Shown here: positions 1-10,299 of the stretch, piece after piece
Position numbering within the stretch: the first letter of the stretch is position 1
Layout of the letters: each line of letters starts with the position of its first letter
NCBI GenBank assembly: GCA_010093745.1
Contig: MU005990.1
Location: 1-64,000 of the forward strand
Direction: 5' to 3'
Length of the DNA stretch: 64,000 bases
Source of the DNA: Piedraia hortae CBS 480.64
Taxonomy: Eukaryota
The notes under the pieces: generated by a model
What the model was told of the DNA's origin: nothing
The model's input: the letters and a program-made list of their open reading frames with translations, nothing else
Database searches by the model: none
Translations under genes and position numbers: made by a program

Positions 1-880
1 TTATTAGTAACCGTCGCTCGGCTCTCGACTTCACGCGTCAACTAGTTTTCCGTAGAGATTTGTATGCAGGTACACATCTGCTCACAATTATAATAGAGAC
101 CTTTAGGTAACATTTATCCCTCGCCTAGTAATCACCCCCACGTTTGGTATACTTGTGGATGAAGGCGGCAAGCAAGCGAGAAGCCGTTAGAGAGATGCGC
201 GTCCTGCTTCCGCATAGTGAAGAAGCCTTCACGTGTGAGATTTTTGCCATGTTGCCGAGGGAGCGTTGCAAACCTTACCCAAGGCGCTCTTCCAGAACAA
301 TTCCCGACTTCTACGGTAGCGGGCATTTCCGGAAAAAGGGTTGTTAACGCCACGCATCAGCTTATTTTAATAGCATCGTTATTAGTACTACTGGTGGAAG
401 GTGATGAATATGTGGTATGGATGGGAATAGGGAACGGTGATAATATCATTTTTAGCCTTGCAGGCCTTGGGCCGGTCGAGGTCGTGTCTTTGACATTACT
501 CAAAAAGGGACCGACTACAACTCGCAAGGACCGGTCGGGGTGCCGTTGTATAAGCGAAGTACGCGTAAGCTTAATTTCAGTAAGCGACGTTACTTGCATG
601 AAAAGCAGAACGACTGCATATCTTAGGCTCACTCGGTTAAGATGGCTGCTTCGTCTAATAGACGACAGTTCCAGTAGCACGCCTTGTTCCTGCTTATCAT
701 TCGGCCGATGCCGGAGAGTTTCTGGTAGGCTTACTAAAAACGGGCGTTAAAGCGGCTTTGAAAGCAGGGCAAATTGATGCAAAGCACAGGACAACAAGAA
801 AAAACACATGTTGCACGAGCCTAAGCCGGCTTTGTCATAAATAGGTTATAAATGTTATAAATGATCCATAGCCAGCCTTG

Positions 881-2002
881 ATGAAGACGTACATCTCTAT
901 CCTGGTATTTGCTGCTACAATCGTAACTGCGATCTTCTACAACCAGTCAACGATTGACGAATTTATGCAAAGCTACCTCGGAAAGGGCAAATCGGTTCTG
1001 TCACGTCTACCAGCCAGATATTCGAGTGCAATGGCCAATTCCAGCTTTCAGGGTTTGCCTGTAATTCCATCAAATGACCCTTCTCTCAATGCTGTCAACC
1101 CAAAACCGCGTGGTATTCGACAAGTGTTTGAGGCAGTGGAACAGTCAGAAGGGGCTGGTGCCATTGTCCGACGATCAATCGGCACCATGAAGCTTCGCAA
1201 TCTGACTCCTTTTTTAATGCTCGATCATTTCTTCGTTTCCATGGGCGCGGGTTTTCCAGATCATCCACACCGTGGCCAAGAGACTATCACCTATCTTCTC
1301 GACGGAGCAGTAGACCATGAAGACTTTGCTGGAAATAAGGGCACCATTGAGACTGGCGATTTACAGTTCATGACCGCAGGACGAGGCATCGTCCATGCCG
1401 AAATGCCCCGTGATGACGGCAAAGGCTCTAAAAATGTGGGCATGCAACTGTGGGTTGACCTACCCGAAAACCTCAAAAAGTGTGAGCCCCGGTACCGCGA
1501 CCTCAGAGCAAGCGAGATTCCGCAAGCAAAGTCTCCCGACGGCAAGGTTACGGTCAAAGTGATCTCTGGCCGTAGCTTCGGCGTTGATAGTTTAAAGGAG
1601 CTGGCCTACACGCCCGTGTGGTACTTGGATGTGACTATCCAGCCCGGTGGGCAAATGGATCAGCCGTTACCGTCTGGTTGGAATTCATTTGCTTACGTAT
1701 TGGAGGGGACGACGACATGGACCACGGGCGATACTTCGCGAACTGTTCCTCAGTACCATAATGTTGTGTTTGAGCAAGAAGGAGACATGGTGCGGGCCTC
1801 ACTACCAGCCGATGCCAGCAAGGCGGCACGCTTCGTCCTTGTTGCGGGAATGCCTTTAAACCAGCCGATTGTGCAATACGGACCGTTTGTTTTGACAAGT
1901 CCAATGGAGGTGCGGCAAGCAATGATCGATTTCCAAAGCCACTCAAACGGCTTCGAACGTGCAAAACATTGGTCCAGCGAGATTGGTCAGACAATGATGT
2001 GA
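881..2002 (+). CDS. Pirin-family bicupin protein with hydrophobic N-terminal extension
   Basis: Intronless ORF with pirin motifs EQSEGAGAIVRRSIG, PFLMLDHF, FPDHPHRGQETITY, GDLQFMTAGRGIVHAEMP and QPIVQYGPFV. Start may be the ATG at 881 (MKTYISILVFAATIV, signal-anchor-like) or the ATG at 1031. Confidence 0.93.
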   Translation: MKTYISILVFAATIVTAIFYNQSTIDEFMQSYLGKGKSVLSRLPARYSSAMANSSFQGLPVIPSNDPSLNAVNPKPRGIRQVFEAVEQSEGAGAIVRRSIGTMKLRNLTPFLMLDHFFVSMGAGFPDHPHRGQETITYLLDGAVDHEDFAGNKGTIETGDLQFMTAGRGIVHAEMPRDDGKGSKNVGMQLWVDLPENLKKCEPRYRDLRASEIPQAKSPDGKVTVKVISGRSFGVDSLKELAYTPVWYLDVTIQPGGQMDQPLPSGWNSFAYVLEGTTTWTTGDTSRTVPQYHNVVFEQEGDMVRASLPADASKAARFVLVAGMPLNQPIVQYGPFVLTSPMEVRQAMIDFQSHSNGFERAKHWSSEIGQTMM

Positions 2003-2147
2003 ACGACAACGAATGATGTTTGTAGCTAGTTAGACAGCATCACTTTTCATTGACCTATAGAACCTACCCTGTCGGTGACGTTATGCATCACACCGATGAC
2101 GCAAGATTTGTCTGATAAAGCTGCAGTTTCGACTTGTATGCTCAAAA

Positions 2148-3860
2148 ATGGCTGACAAGGAGGAACAAAAGGTTGCCAAGATCATTGTAGAAAGCATATA
2201 CAATGCCGGGGTGCGAATCGTTTTTGGCATTCCCGGTGCCAAGATCGATGCCATCTTCGACACACTGAGCGACCATCCGGAAATTCGCCTGATAATCTGC
2301 CGTCATGAACAGAATGCGGCTTTCATGGCTGCGGCTTGTGGCCGCATTACAGGTATTCCAGGTGTAGCAATCGCTACATCAGGCCCGGGGGCGGGTAATC
2401 TAACCACAGGTCTTATGACGGCCACGACCGAGGGTGATCCAGTCGTGGCCATTGTGGGCTCAGTACCTCGAATTCTCAGCCTAAAGCACACACATCAGGC
2501 GATGCCAGCGTTGCAAGTGCTGAGTCCCGTCACCAAGAAAGGTATTGAGACAAATGTAGAGGATCAGACTGCCGAAGCAGTGCTCAGCGCCTTCCGGACA
2601 GCAGCCTGCAATCCCAAAGGCGCTGTCGTGGTCAGTATCCCCATGGATATTGCATCCGGAAAGTCTTCACACAAGGCTTTCCCTCCTTCGGCCTTCCAAG
2701 CCCCTCCATACGGCCCAGCACCAAGAGAGAACGTAGCCAAAGCAGCAGAGATGATCAGCAAAGCCAAGCTACCTGTATTCTTCCTTGGTCAGCGTGCAAG
2801 TTCGTCGCTGGTAGTGGATGCCGTGCGTAAGTTCATACGCAAGCACCCGATTGCCATCGTTGAGACTTTCCAAGCTGCAGGTGCGGTGCCCGAAGACCTG
2901 GCTAAGCACGTCTTCTTTGGACGAGTGGGACTTTTCCGCAACCAGACGGGCGACCGGCTACTGGTCCGATCAGATTTGATCGTGACGTTAGGCTACGACC
3001 CAACCGAGTACGATGCCAGCTCTTGGAACCCCGAGGGAAAGCTTAACATCGTTCACGTAGACTATACCTCATGCGACTACGGTGCCAACTACCATCCAGA
3101 GCTGGAGCTGCTTGGATCTCTACGTCAGAATATTCTCGAATTGGCTGATAAAGTAACTCACGTAGCCAATCCAGCTGAGAACGAGTTCTGTCAGTCACTG
3201 TCAAAGGCGCTGGTTAGCTGGCATGATCAGTTGAATACAAAGGCCCACGGTAGCCGTCGCAACAGCAGCAGCAACAGCCCTGTGCATCCTCTCCATTTCA
3301 TCGCAGCACTGCAAGAACGAGTGGATAAGGATACGACGGTGACGTGCGATGTGGGCACGGTTTACATCTATCTCATGCGGTATTTCCTGGCTTTCGAGCC
3401 GCATAAGCTGCTATGTTCTGATGGACAACAGACACTGGGTGTAGGTCTACCGTGGGGCATCGCTGCATCGCTGATTCAGGACCCGCCGTGCTCGAAAAAG
3501 GTCATTTCCATCTCTGGCGATGGAGGATTCATGTTCTCCAGCCAGGAACTCAGCACGGCGGTTCAGCAGAAATGTAACCTGACACATTTCGTATGGAACG
3601 ATGCTGCTTACAACATGGTCGAGTTTCAGGAGGAGATGAAATACGGTCGGTCGTCTGGCATTGCACTCGGTGGGGTGGACTTTGCAAAGTATGCAGAGGC
3701 CTTTGGGGCAAAAGGGTTGACTATGCAGTCGCCCAGAGACGTGGAGAAGGTCATGGACGAGGCACTAGCACACAACGGCGTCACAATCGTTGATGTTAGA
3801 ATTGATTATTCCGAGGCACAAGGACTGGCCAAGGGACTGGTAGAGGACAGCCTAGGCTAG
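2148..3860 (+). CDS. alsS: Acetolactate synthase, catabolic AlsS/BudB type (ThDP-dependent)
   Basis: FGIPGAKIDAIFD, RHEQNAAFMA, GRVGLFRNQTGD, GQQTLGVGLPWGIAA and the ThDP motif GDGGFMFSSQEL...WND. No mitochondrial presequence and no introns. Confidence 0.9.
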   Translation: MADKEEQKVAKIIVESIYNAGVRIVFGIPGAKIDAIFDTLSDHPEIRLIICRHEQNAAFMAAACGRITGIPGVAIATSGPGAGNLTTGLMTATTEGDPVVAIVGSVPRILSLKHTHQAMPALQVLSPVTKKGIETNVEDQTAEAVLSAFRTAACNPKGAVVVSIPMDIASGKSSHKAFPPSAFQAPPYGPAPRENVAKAAEMISKAKLPVFFLGQRASSSLVVDAVRKFIRKHPIAIVETFQAAGAVPEDLAKHVFFGRVGLFRNQTGDRLLVRSDLIVTLGYDPTEYDASSWNPEGKLNIVHVDYTSCDYGANYHPELELLGSLRQNILELADKVTHVANPAENEFCQSLSKALVSWHDQLNTKAHGSRRNSSSNSPVHPLHFIAALQERVDKDTTVTCDVGTVYIYLMRYFLAFEPHKLLCSDGQQTLGVGLPWGIAASLIQDPPCSKKVISISGDGGFMFSSQELSTAVQQKCNLTHFVWNDAAYNMVEFQEEMKYGRSSGIALGGVDFAKYAEAFGAKGLTMQSPRDVEKVMDEALAHNGVTIVDVRIDYSEAQGLAKGLVEDSLG

Positions 3861-3910
3861 ACTCCTGCTGCATGCATTTTGATACACCTGCATTACACAT
3901 TCATATTTCC

Positions 3911-4747
3911 CTACGCCGTGTCCATCTTGTCGTCGTCGTCTTTCTTCGAGCTTTCTTGGCCTTCCTCGACCACACTTTCCAACGCCGTCTTCCCTTGAGC
4001 CGCCTCCTGCTCCCTCTGTTGACGTGCCTGCCTCTCGCGCTCCTCTTCCATACTCATCCGCAGCACTAGTGCCAGCTCGGGATCGACGTTTGGATCTACA
4101 CCAAATTCGAAATTCTCTCCGCCGTCACCACCGGCAGCAGCAGCGGCCGCGGCAGCCACACCACTACCCTCACCGGCAAGGATGGGAGATGAGATGACGA
4201 TGTCTGATAGTAAATCAGGCCCCGGCGGTACGACTTCTAGATGTGACCCCTCTCCACCCTTGACAGCTTCATTAAACGCCCGCAGCTTCTCCACGTTATC
4301 ATCCGACAGGTCTCCGAAAGCGACGACATCCACCGACGTATTGTTCTTCTTCATACGCTTCGCCAGCTTAACCAGCCGATCCTTGTCATCGTCAATAGGG
4401 CTGCAGCAGAAGACAATTATGCGCTGACGCTGGCTCTTGTTGGGACGGTGTTTGAGCGCCAGGGAGGCCACCATGATGGCCGAGTAAAGATGGCTGTGGC
4501 CGCCAATCTTTGTGCGGTGGAGGCCTTCCAGGATATATGAGGCGCTGGTAGTCGGGGTAGTGAGCACCGTCGGCCCTGCACCACCCATGCTCATCAGTCC
4601 GACACTGCTTTCTGGGTTCGACTGCGTTTTGGAGTGAAAGATCAGATTGGCTGCGTCCCGTTGCGCCTCCCACCGCGACGGTAGGTAGTCGCCGTTGCGT
4701 GACGGCTCACTGTTATCCACCACCATCATCGTCGCTTCGAGAACCAT
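3911..4747 (-). CDS. RPN10: 26S proteasome regulatory subunit Rpn10 (VWA + UIM)
   Basis: MVLEATMMVVDNSEPSRNGDYLPSRW, ALKHRPNKSQRQRIIVF, and UIM region FGVDPNVDPELALVLRMSMEEE. Confidence 0.97.
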   Translation of the reverse strand: MVLEATMMVVDNSEPSRNGDYLPSRWEAQRDAANLIFHSKTQSNPESSVGLMSMGGAGPTVLTTPTTSASYILEGLHRTKIGGHSHLYSAIMVASLALKHRPNKSQRQRIIVFCCSPIDDDKDRLVKLAKRMKKNNTSVDVVAFGDLSDDNVEKLRAFNEAVKGGEGSHLEVVPPGPDLLSDIVISSPILAGEGSGVAAAAAAAAGGDGGENFEFGVDPNVDPELALVLRMSMEEERERQARQQREQEAAQGKTALESVVEEGQESSKKDDDDKMDTA

Positions 4748-4909
4748 GGTTGCGTCCGTGTGAGATCTGTAGTATTGATGAGTAGGAGTCGGAGTGTTAC
4801 ACGCTACTGCCACTAGACCAATCTGGGAATACCCCAGATATCGCGGCCCGCTCCGAATGTTGACGCGCGCAACGCGTCTGCTGCCAACGACGCAAAACCA
4901 ACCAATTCC

Positions 4910-5709
4910 ATGGCACTCACCGAAACCAACGGCGACATGCTCGCTCCCTTAGACCGCAACATGATGATTACGCACGTCCAAAAGCAGAGGCTTATTGACG
5001 ACATGCAGCTCGAAAGTTAGTGACCTCCTTACAACAGCGTCCATCCCACTAACACCAAGAAGTCACCAGACGCGCACGCGATCTGCGCGCCCACTACGGG
5101 CAGATGGCCATGAGCCTTCGCGGACGGCTTGAATCCCGCGCTAACCGCATCCCGCGTCCTCTCCGCAAGCGCGTGCTTCAGGACTTGCTGGACGAGCACG
5201 CCGAGCAGGCCAGCCGCCCGCCCGCACCTTCCGTCGCCGTCATAGAAACTACCAAACCAGCCGCCCCACCAAGATCCACCATCAGTCGGAAACGAACGAG
5301 CGATGAAATCTCCGAAGACGACGACGACGAAGCAGAAGATAAGGAAAACAATCAAAAGGCAGTATTAGAGCTACCTAAGAAGCGCACCAAGATGGTTCCG
5401 AAGGTAGAGCTGCAACCCCATCTTGCGTCAACAATCTTGTCCCCAAAATCAAACAACTCCCGCACATTTTCACGACAAGCGGGTGCTCAGAAGCGTGCTC
5501 CCGCGAAGAACAAAATCAATGTAATCGCGGATAGCAGCGATGCAGTCAGCGCGTCGGACGTATCCCTCAAGAAACCCGTCGCGAAACGCCCTACAACTGC
5601 TACAAAGAGAACAACGGCGAGTAAAACGACGGCGAAAAAGCAGCCTGCTGCCACGAAAAAGGAAAACCTCCCGCCTGCGGGACGCGCGCTCAGGAAGAGG
5701 GCCAACTAA
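4910..5709 (+). CDS. Borealin/Nbl1-like chromosomal passenger complex protein
   Basis: Exon 1 4910-5015, intron 5016-5062 (GTTAGT...ACTAAC...AAG), exon 2 5063-5709. Spliced protein reads ITHVQKQRLIDDMQLEITRRARDLRAHY...LRGRLESRANRIPRPLRK, a borealin N-terminal pattern, followed by a basic low-complexity tail. Confidence 0.78.
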
Positions 5710-5960
5710 CTGAAATCCCTACATTGGTTGTGAGTTTGAGCACTGGTTCTCACGCTTTTTCATTAGCATAAGTATTGTAAACGTGCTTTGGTATTCACAT
5801 CTATGATACATTCAAAATGTGATTGTCTTCTTGGCAGTGCCCCACCATCCCCACCATGCTTCAAAACATGCATAATGACGCCATCTACCTATCTACTGCC
5901 CAAGTGAACCACCCATCCAGCCAGCCAACCCAAACCCCATCGCAAAGCCTCCCTTCCACC

Positions 5961-6668
5961 ATGCCCCAAAATGAACTCTACCAATTCTCCCTCCTCAACG
6001 CACTAATGGACGGTGTAGCCTCACACGGCCTCCCCTGCCGCACCCTCTCGCACCACGGCACCATCGGGCTGGGCACATTCCACAAAATGGACGGCGAAAT
6101 GATCATGCTTAATTCAAAAACCTACCAGCTGAAATCCGGGGGGGATGTGCGCTTAGCGGATCCAGATACACCAATCCCCTTCGCCGTGGTCACAAACTTT
6201 TCACCTGAGAAGAAGGTTGATGATTTGAGTTTGAAGGTTAAGGGCGATCTGGAAAAAGTTCTGGGCGATCTCTGTCCCGGGACGAAGAATTTGTATCTGG
6301 CTTTTACAGTGAGGGGTGTTTTTGGGAGGGTCAAAGCTCGTACTGTTAAAGGACAGGAGTACCCCGGGGAGAGGTTGAGTGAGTTGGGGAAGAAGCAGAG
6401 TGTGGAGGTTTATGAGGATGTTAAGGGGACGGTTGTGGGTTTTAGGACCCCGGAAAATTGGCAGGGTTTTGGCGTTGCGGGGTTGCATTTGCACTTTGTG
6501 GATGATGAGAGGGCAAAAGGGGGGCATGTGCTTGAGTTGGAGGGGAAATATTTGGGGCTGGAGGTTGCGGTTATTAGTAGGGTTGTAATGGATTTGCCTA
6601 GGACGGAGGAGTTTAATGCGGCGAGTTTGGTGACGGATCGTGAGGGTGTTAAGGGCGTTGAGGGATAG
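5961..6668 (+). CDS. alsD: Alpha-acetolactate decarboxylase (AlsD/BudA)
   Basis: LYQFSLLNALMDG, HGTIGLGTFHKMDGEMIML, GTVVGFRTP, and Zn-binding GLHLHFVDDERAKGGHVL. Intronless. Confidence 0.93.
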   Translation: MPQNELYQFSLLNALMDGVASHGLPCRTLSHHGTIGLGTFHKMDGEMIMLNSKTYQLKSGGDVRLADPDTPIPFAVVTNFSPEKKVDDLSLKVKGDLEKVLGDLCPGTKNLYLAFTVRGVFGRVKARTVKGQEYPGERLSELGKKQSVEVYEDVKGTVVGFRTPENWQGFGVAGLHLHFVDDERAKGGHVLELEGKYLGLEVAVISRVVMDLPRTEEFNAASLVTDREGVKGVEG

Positions 6669-6743
6669 AAGAGGGAATTTTTCTTTTGACCTTTGTTACT
6701 GTGTACAATGTGTATGCTACACTGTTGTGCTTTTGGGGGAGGG

Positions 6744-6769
6744 TTTTTTTTTTTTTTTTTTTTTTTTTT
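6744..6769. repeat. T26 homopolymer (A-tract on the minus strand overlapping the TAF1 stop codon)
   Basis: Directly visible run of T between the convergent ALDC and TAF1 genes. Confidence 0.95.
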
Positions 6770-9700
6770 ACAGGGTTAGTGGAGCGGCGACGGAGCCAAG
6801 CGCGTTATCGCCGTTTGCTTGTGCGGTTCCGTTTAATAAGGGACATAGCCTGCAGTTTTCGTTAGTTGATGGTTTCGAGGTATGATTTTCATGAACTCAC
6901 TTTCGGTTGGTTTTGATATGACCGACTTGTCCGCACATTGCGCACTTGCGGGCGGTGCCCTCTTTGTTGCGTGTGCGTTTGGGGGGTGGCTTGGCACCCA
7001 TCGGATCAGTGCCCAACGGCGCTTCCGCGTCTGTCCCTGCCGCCGCCTGACTTGCCTTATTTTGCTTCGTTTTCTCACGGCCTACACGCCTTTCCTTGTT
7101 GCGCTGCACACGAGCAAGCTCCTCCTTGATCTTTTCCTGAACCAAATTATTGAGTTCAGAGTCTTCTCCCACCTCATAAGAACTAATGTCAACACCCTTA
7201 AGCCGCCTTTCGTTCCTGCGTTTGCGGTATTCGCGCATTACACGCGGGTTTGTAATCTTGTCGTGCATCACGACCGTCTTGCCGGATGCATCAACGGCAC
7301 TCCGAGTGATGGCCAGAACCTTCTCAGGCTCCCGATGGGTAGCACTCCCACGGCTGAACTGGGTAGCTGTCTCATCACCACCGGGCGCCATTGAGGTGCG
7401 TGGAGTGGCGCCGCGACCCACCATAGAACGCTCGACATCGGGATCAAACTCGGTTTCTGGATCCGGAACTTCCTCTGCGCTGCCAAGACTCGCTTTTTGA
7501 CGATCCCAGATCTGCCGGATCAGTTCAGAGTAAGCCTTGTGTTGTTTGGCAACATTATACGAGTGCCCGCCATTGTCCTTGCGCGTCTTGGCATCAATCT
7601 TATCCTCTGCACTCTCTCCCTGCATCTGGAAGCCACCCTTCATCGATGTCTTGACAAAACTGAAACCCTCGCCACGCCCGGTCGGATCACCCTCGCCGTG
7701 TAGCGTCAGCATCGCCTTACCCTGTGTGGCAGCAATGAAGTTTTTGGTAGCCTGCCACGGGGCTAGCTGCTTCTCAATGTGATCATTCTCGTCCACGTCC
7801 TTGTCATCTTCTTCCCGGCCTGTACTAAGACCGAGATCACGAAGGTGCTGGACGCCCATTTGCATTGAATCCAGCAGACACACCTCCTCGGGCTTGATAT
7901 ACGTCTTGAGTTCCTCCGGCTCCGGCAGCGGGTCTTTGCTAGTCGGTTCCCACACGCCGACTTCGTGATTGCTAGACTTCACGTAATGCATAAAGTCGCG
8001 CATCTTGCTGCGTGTCTGCGGCATGTCGAGTCCTCGCAGATGCTTCATGATGGTCTTGTTATCCAAATGCTTGTCCTTGCGCGTGGGATCGAGGCTTTTG
8101 CGGTAGATTCGATAGGCAATGCTGCGTAGACGCCTCTTGGCAACGTCGGTAACGCGGCGGCTGTTGCGTCCCGGCACTTCGGTTAACGGGAACTGCTGGC
8201 CCACAGTGTGCAGGTTCTCCACATTACGCAGCGTAAAGGTGCTGCCTAAGCCGTAGGTTGTGCTGATGCCCACCACAAAATCTGTATGCCGACCCTCGTG
8301 GCGGAATACAGGGGCACGGTACAGTCCATTCTGCAGTGTTGGCACCACCTCACCGTTGTCTACAAAGCCAAAATTGGCAAACGGGCTCTTGTCCTGCATC
8401 AGCAACACCTGCGTCTCGCCAATGTCCCGTTTGGGACGCTCAGCATCGTCGCTGCTGCGCTTGCGGTAGTAGTTTATGAGGCGACTGCCCATGCCAAAGT
8501 TGGACAGAGCCATGGGCGCTTCCTCAGAGTACTCCAGCAGCAGCATGCTGGAATTGTCACACAGGGACAGGCTCTCAGACGTGGCAAAGAGCTCACCAAT
8601 GTCCTTGCCGCGACGATCTTTACGCTTGATCGTCTTGTGTTTCATCATGCTGAACTCGTACCCGTCGACTCTCGCCTTTATATCTAGCGCGGGGCGGTGG
8701 AAGGCCCGCTTCGAGTTGGCATCGAGAGTGACGCGGTAGAACGGATATTGTAAATGACGCGCCGGAAGACTGTGTTCAATCGTCGACACGCCGAGTGTGC
8801 TGCGGACCTTATGCTGATGGTTTTCCTTGAGCAAGTCGTAGGCATGGTCATTGCTAATGTTGTAGCGGTTTGTTACGTCCCTGACAGCTGCTAGGGGACG
8901 CTTCGCCGGTCGCGCCACCGATTCCCGTTCGTCTACCATCAGTCTGGAGTCGTTGAGGTTCAACGTTACCGCCTGCGAAAGCTGGCCTGCCACGCGCTCT
9001 GGCTCCGCAAAAATTATCTGGTCAAACCGAGGCGGCTCCTGCAGAATTGTAGCAAAGTCCAGCCGCCTTTTCTTAGCGGGACGGCTCTGCTCGGCCTCCT
9101 CGTAATCTGAATCGCTGGGTACTGCCCAGCTTTCGCAGATGAGCGAAAAGTCTTCCATCGTAAGTCCTGCCAACGGTTTTCCTTCGTCTACGTTCTCCAT
9201 TTCGATGTCAGAGCCTTGCTCTTCCACGGCATCGGTGGTATCACTGAATATAACAATGTCCTGAATGCGTCCGATTTCCAATGCATGTTTCGATCCTGGA
9301 TAGCTGTTAAAGCTGCGTTCCTGGTCCGCCTGCACGTCCAGCGACGGCTTAATCACCTGCAACGGGCGCGGCGGCCTCAGAGGGGCCTTGCCGCGATATG
9401 GGACACGGCGTGGCGGGAATATCTCTGTAAAGCGCGGATTGTGGTCTTCATCGTATCGCGGAAACAGCGGACGGAGCATCTCAAGGGCTTTTGCTTGTTC
9501 TTCATCTTCCATGTCCTGAGCCTCGTGACGATTGTCCCTCCTCCTCCTGGCAGCTTCCATGAGCTTTAGCTGCATAACATGCATACGAATATCCTTTTCA
9601 GATACTCCCTCTTCCCTTAACGCCTTTTCGAGATCACCGACTGAACGATGTCTATTGGCCGGCACAGCTTCAGGCCTCGTCTGTAATGGCGGTGGCCGGG

Positions 9701-10187
9701 GCGGGCGCGACGCTGGCGCTGATTTATCCGGCAAGATCAGTCCCGTGCGTTTCGGAGCCGGCTGCGGCGATAGGCGAGGCAGCGACAGCGTTGGCACTGC
9801 GACTGGGGCTAGGGTCTGTTCGGGCTCCGGTCCCTCGCCGAAGAGATCGTTCAAGTCGTCTGCAGCTTCGCCTTCTCCAAACAGCGCGTCAAATGCGTGG
9901 TCGTCATCCACATTCTCCGCGGTGTCTGGCAGAGCCTCCTCCGATTGCTGGGTCGCGCCATTAACCGCCGGGTGCGCCTCTTCCAGCGGCTGGGTTGCGA
10001 CTTGTTCTTCGGGAAGGTCGTCATCGCTAAAGTCTTCATAGTCCACGGCATTCTCTGCCTTTTCCGTTTGGTCAATCGGTCCATAGTTCTCAAACCCCGC
10101 GACTCCTTGGTCGTCGTGGCTGCGCAGGAACGATTGAATCATTTGCTGCTCGTCCATGTCGCTTCCATCGCCGGTAGAGTGCGGCAT
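6768..10187 (-). CDS. TAF1: TFIID subunit TAF1
   Basis: AENAVDYEDFSDDDLPEE, RYNISNDHAYDLLKENH, LLEYSEEAPMALSNFGMG, LAPWQATKNF...GEGDPTGRGEGFSF. The C-terminal zinc knuckle CAMCGQVGHIKTNRK|LCPLLN is completed by intron 6900-6850 (GTGAGT...CAG); last exon 6849-6768. Likely start MPHSTGD at 10187. Confidence 0.96.
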
Positions 10188-10299
10188 GGCCGGTTGTATA
10201 ATCCGATCCCAGTCAGTGTTGCTGCGGTCGGTGACGTGCTGTGCGATGTGTGGCAAAGGCCGCCGGCACAACTCCACTCCGCCAGCAAGTGAAGTCTTG

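Noticed and set aside
6744..6770. Poly(A) tract directly after the TAF1 stop codon, suggesting a retrogene
   Set aside because: TAF1 retains an intron 80 bp upstream, and long homopolymers occur elsewhere in the window (about 33432, 37458, 46759).
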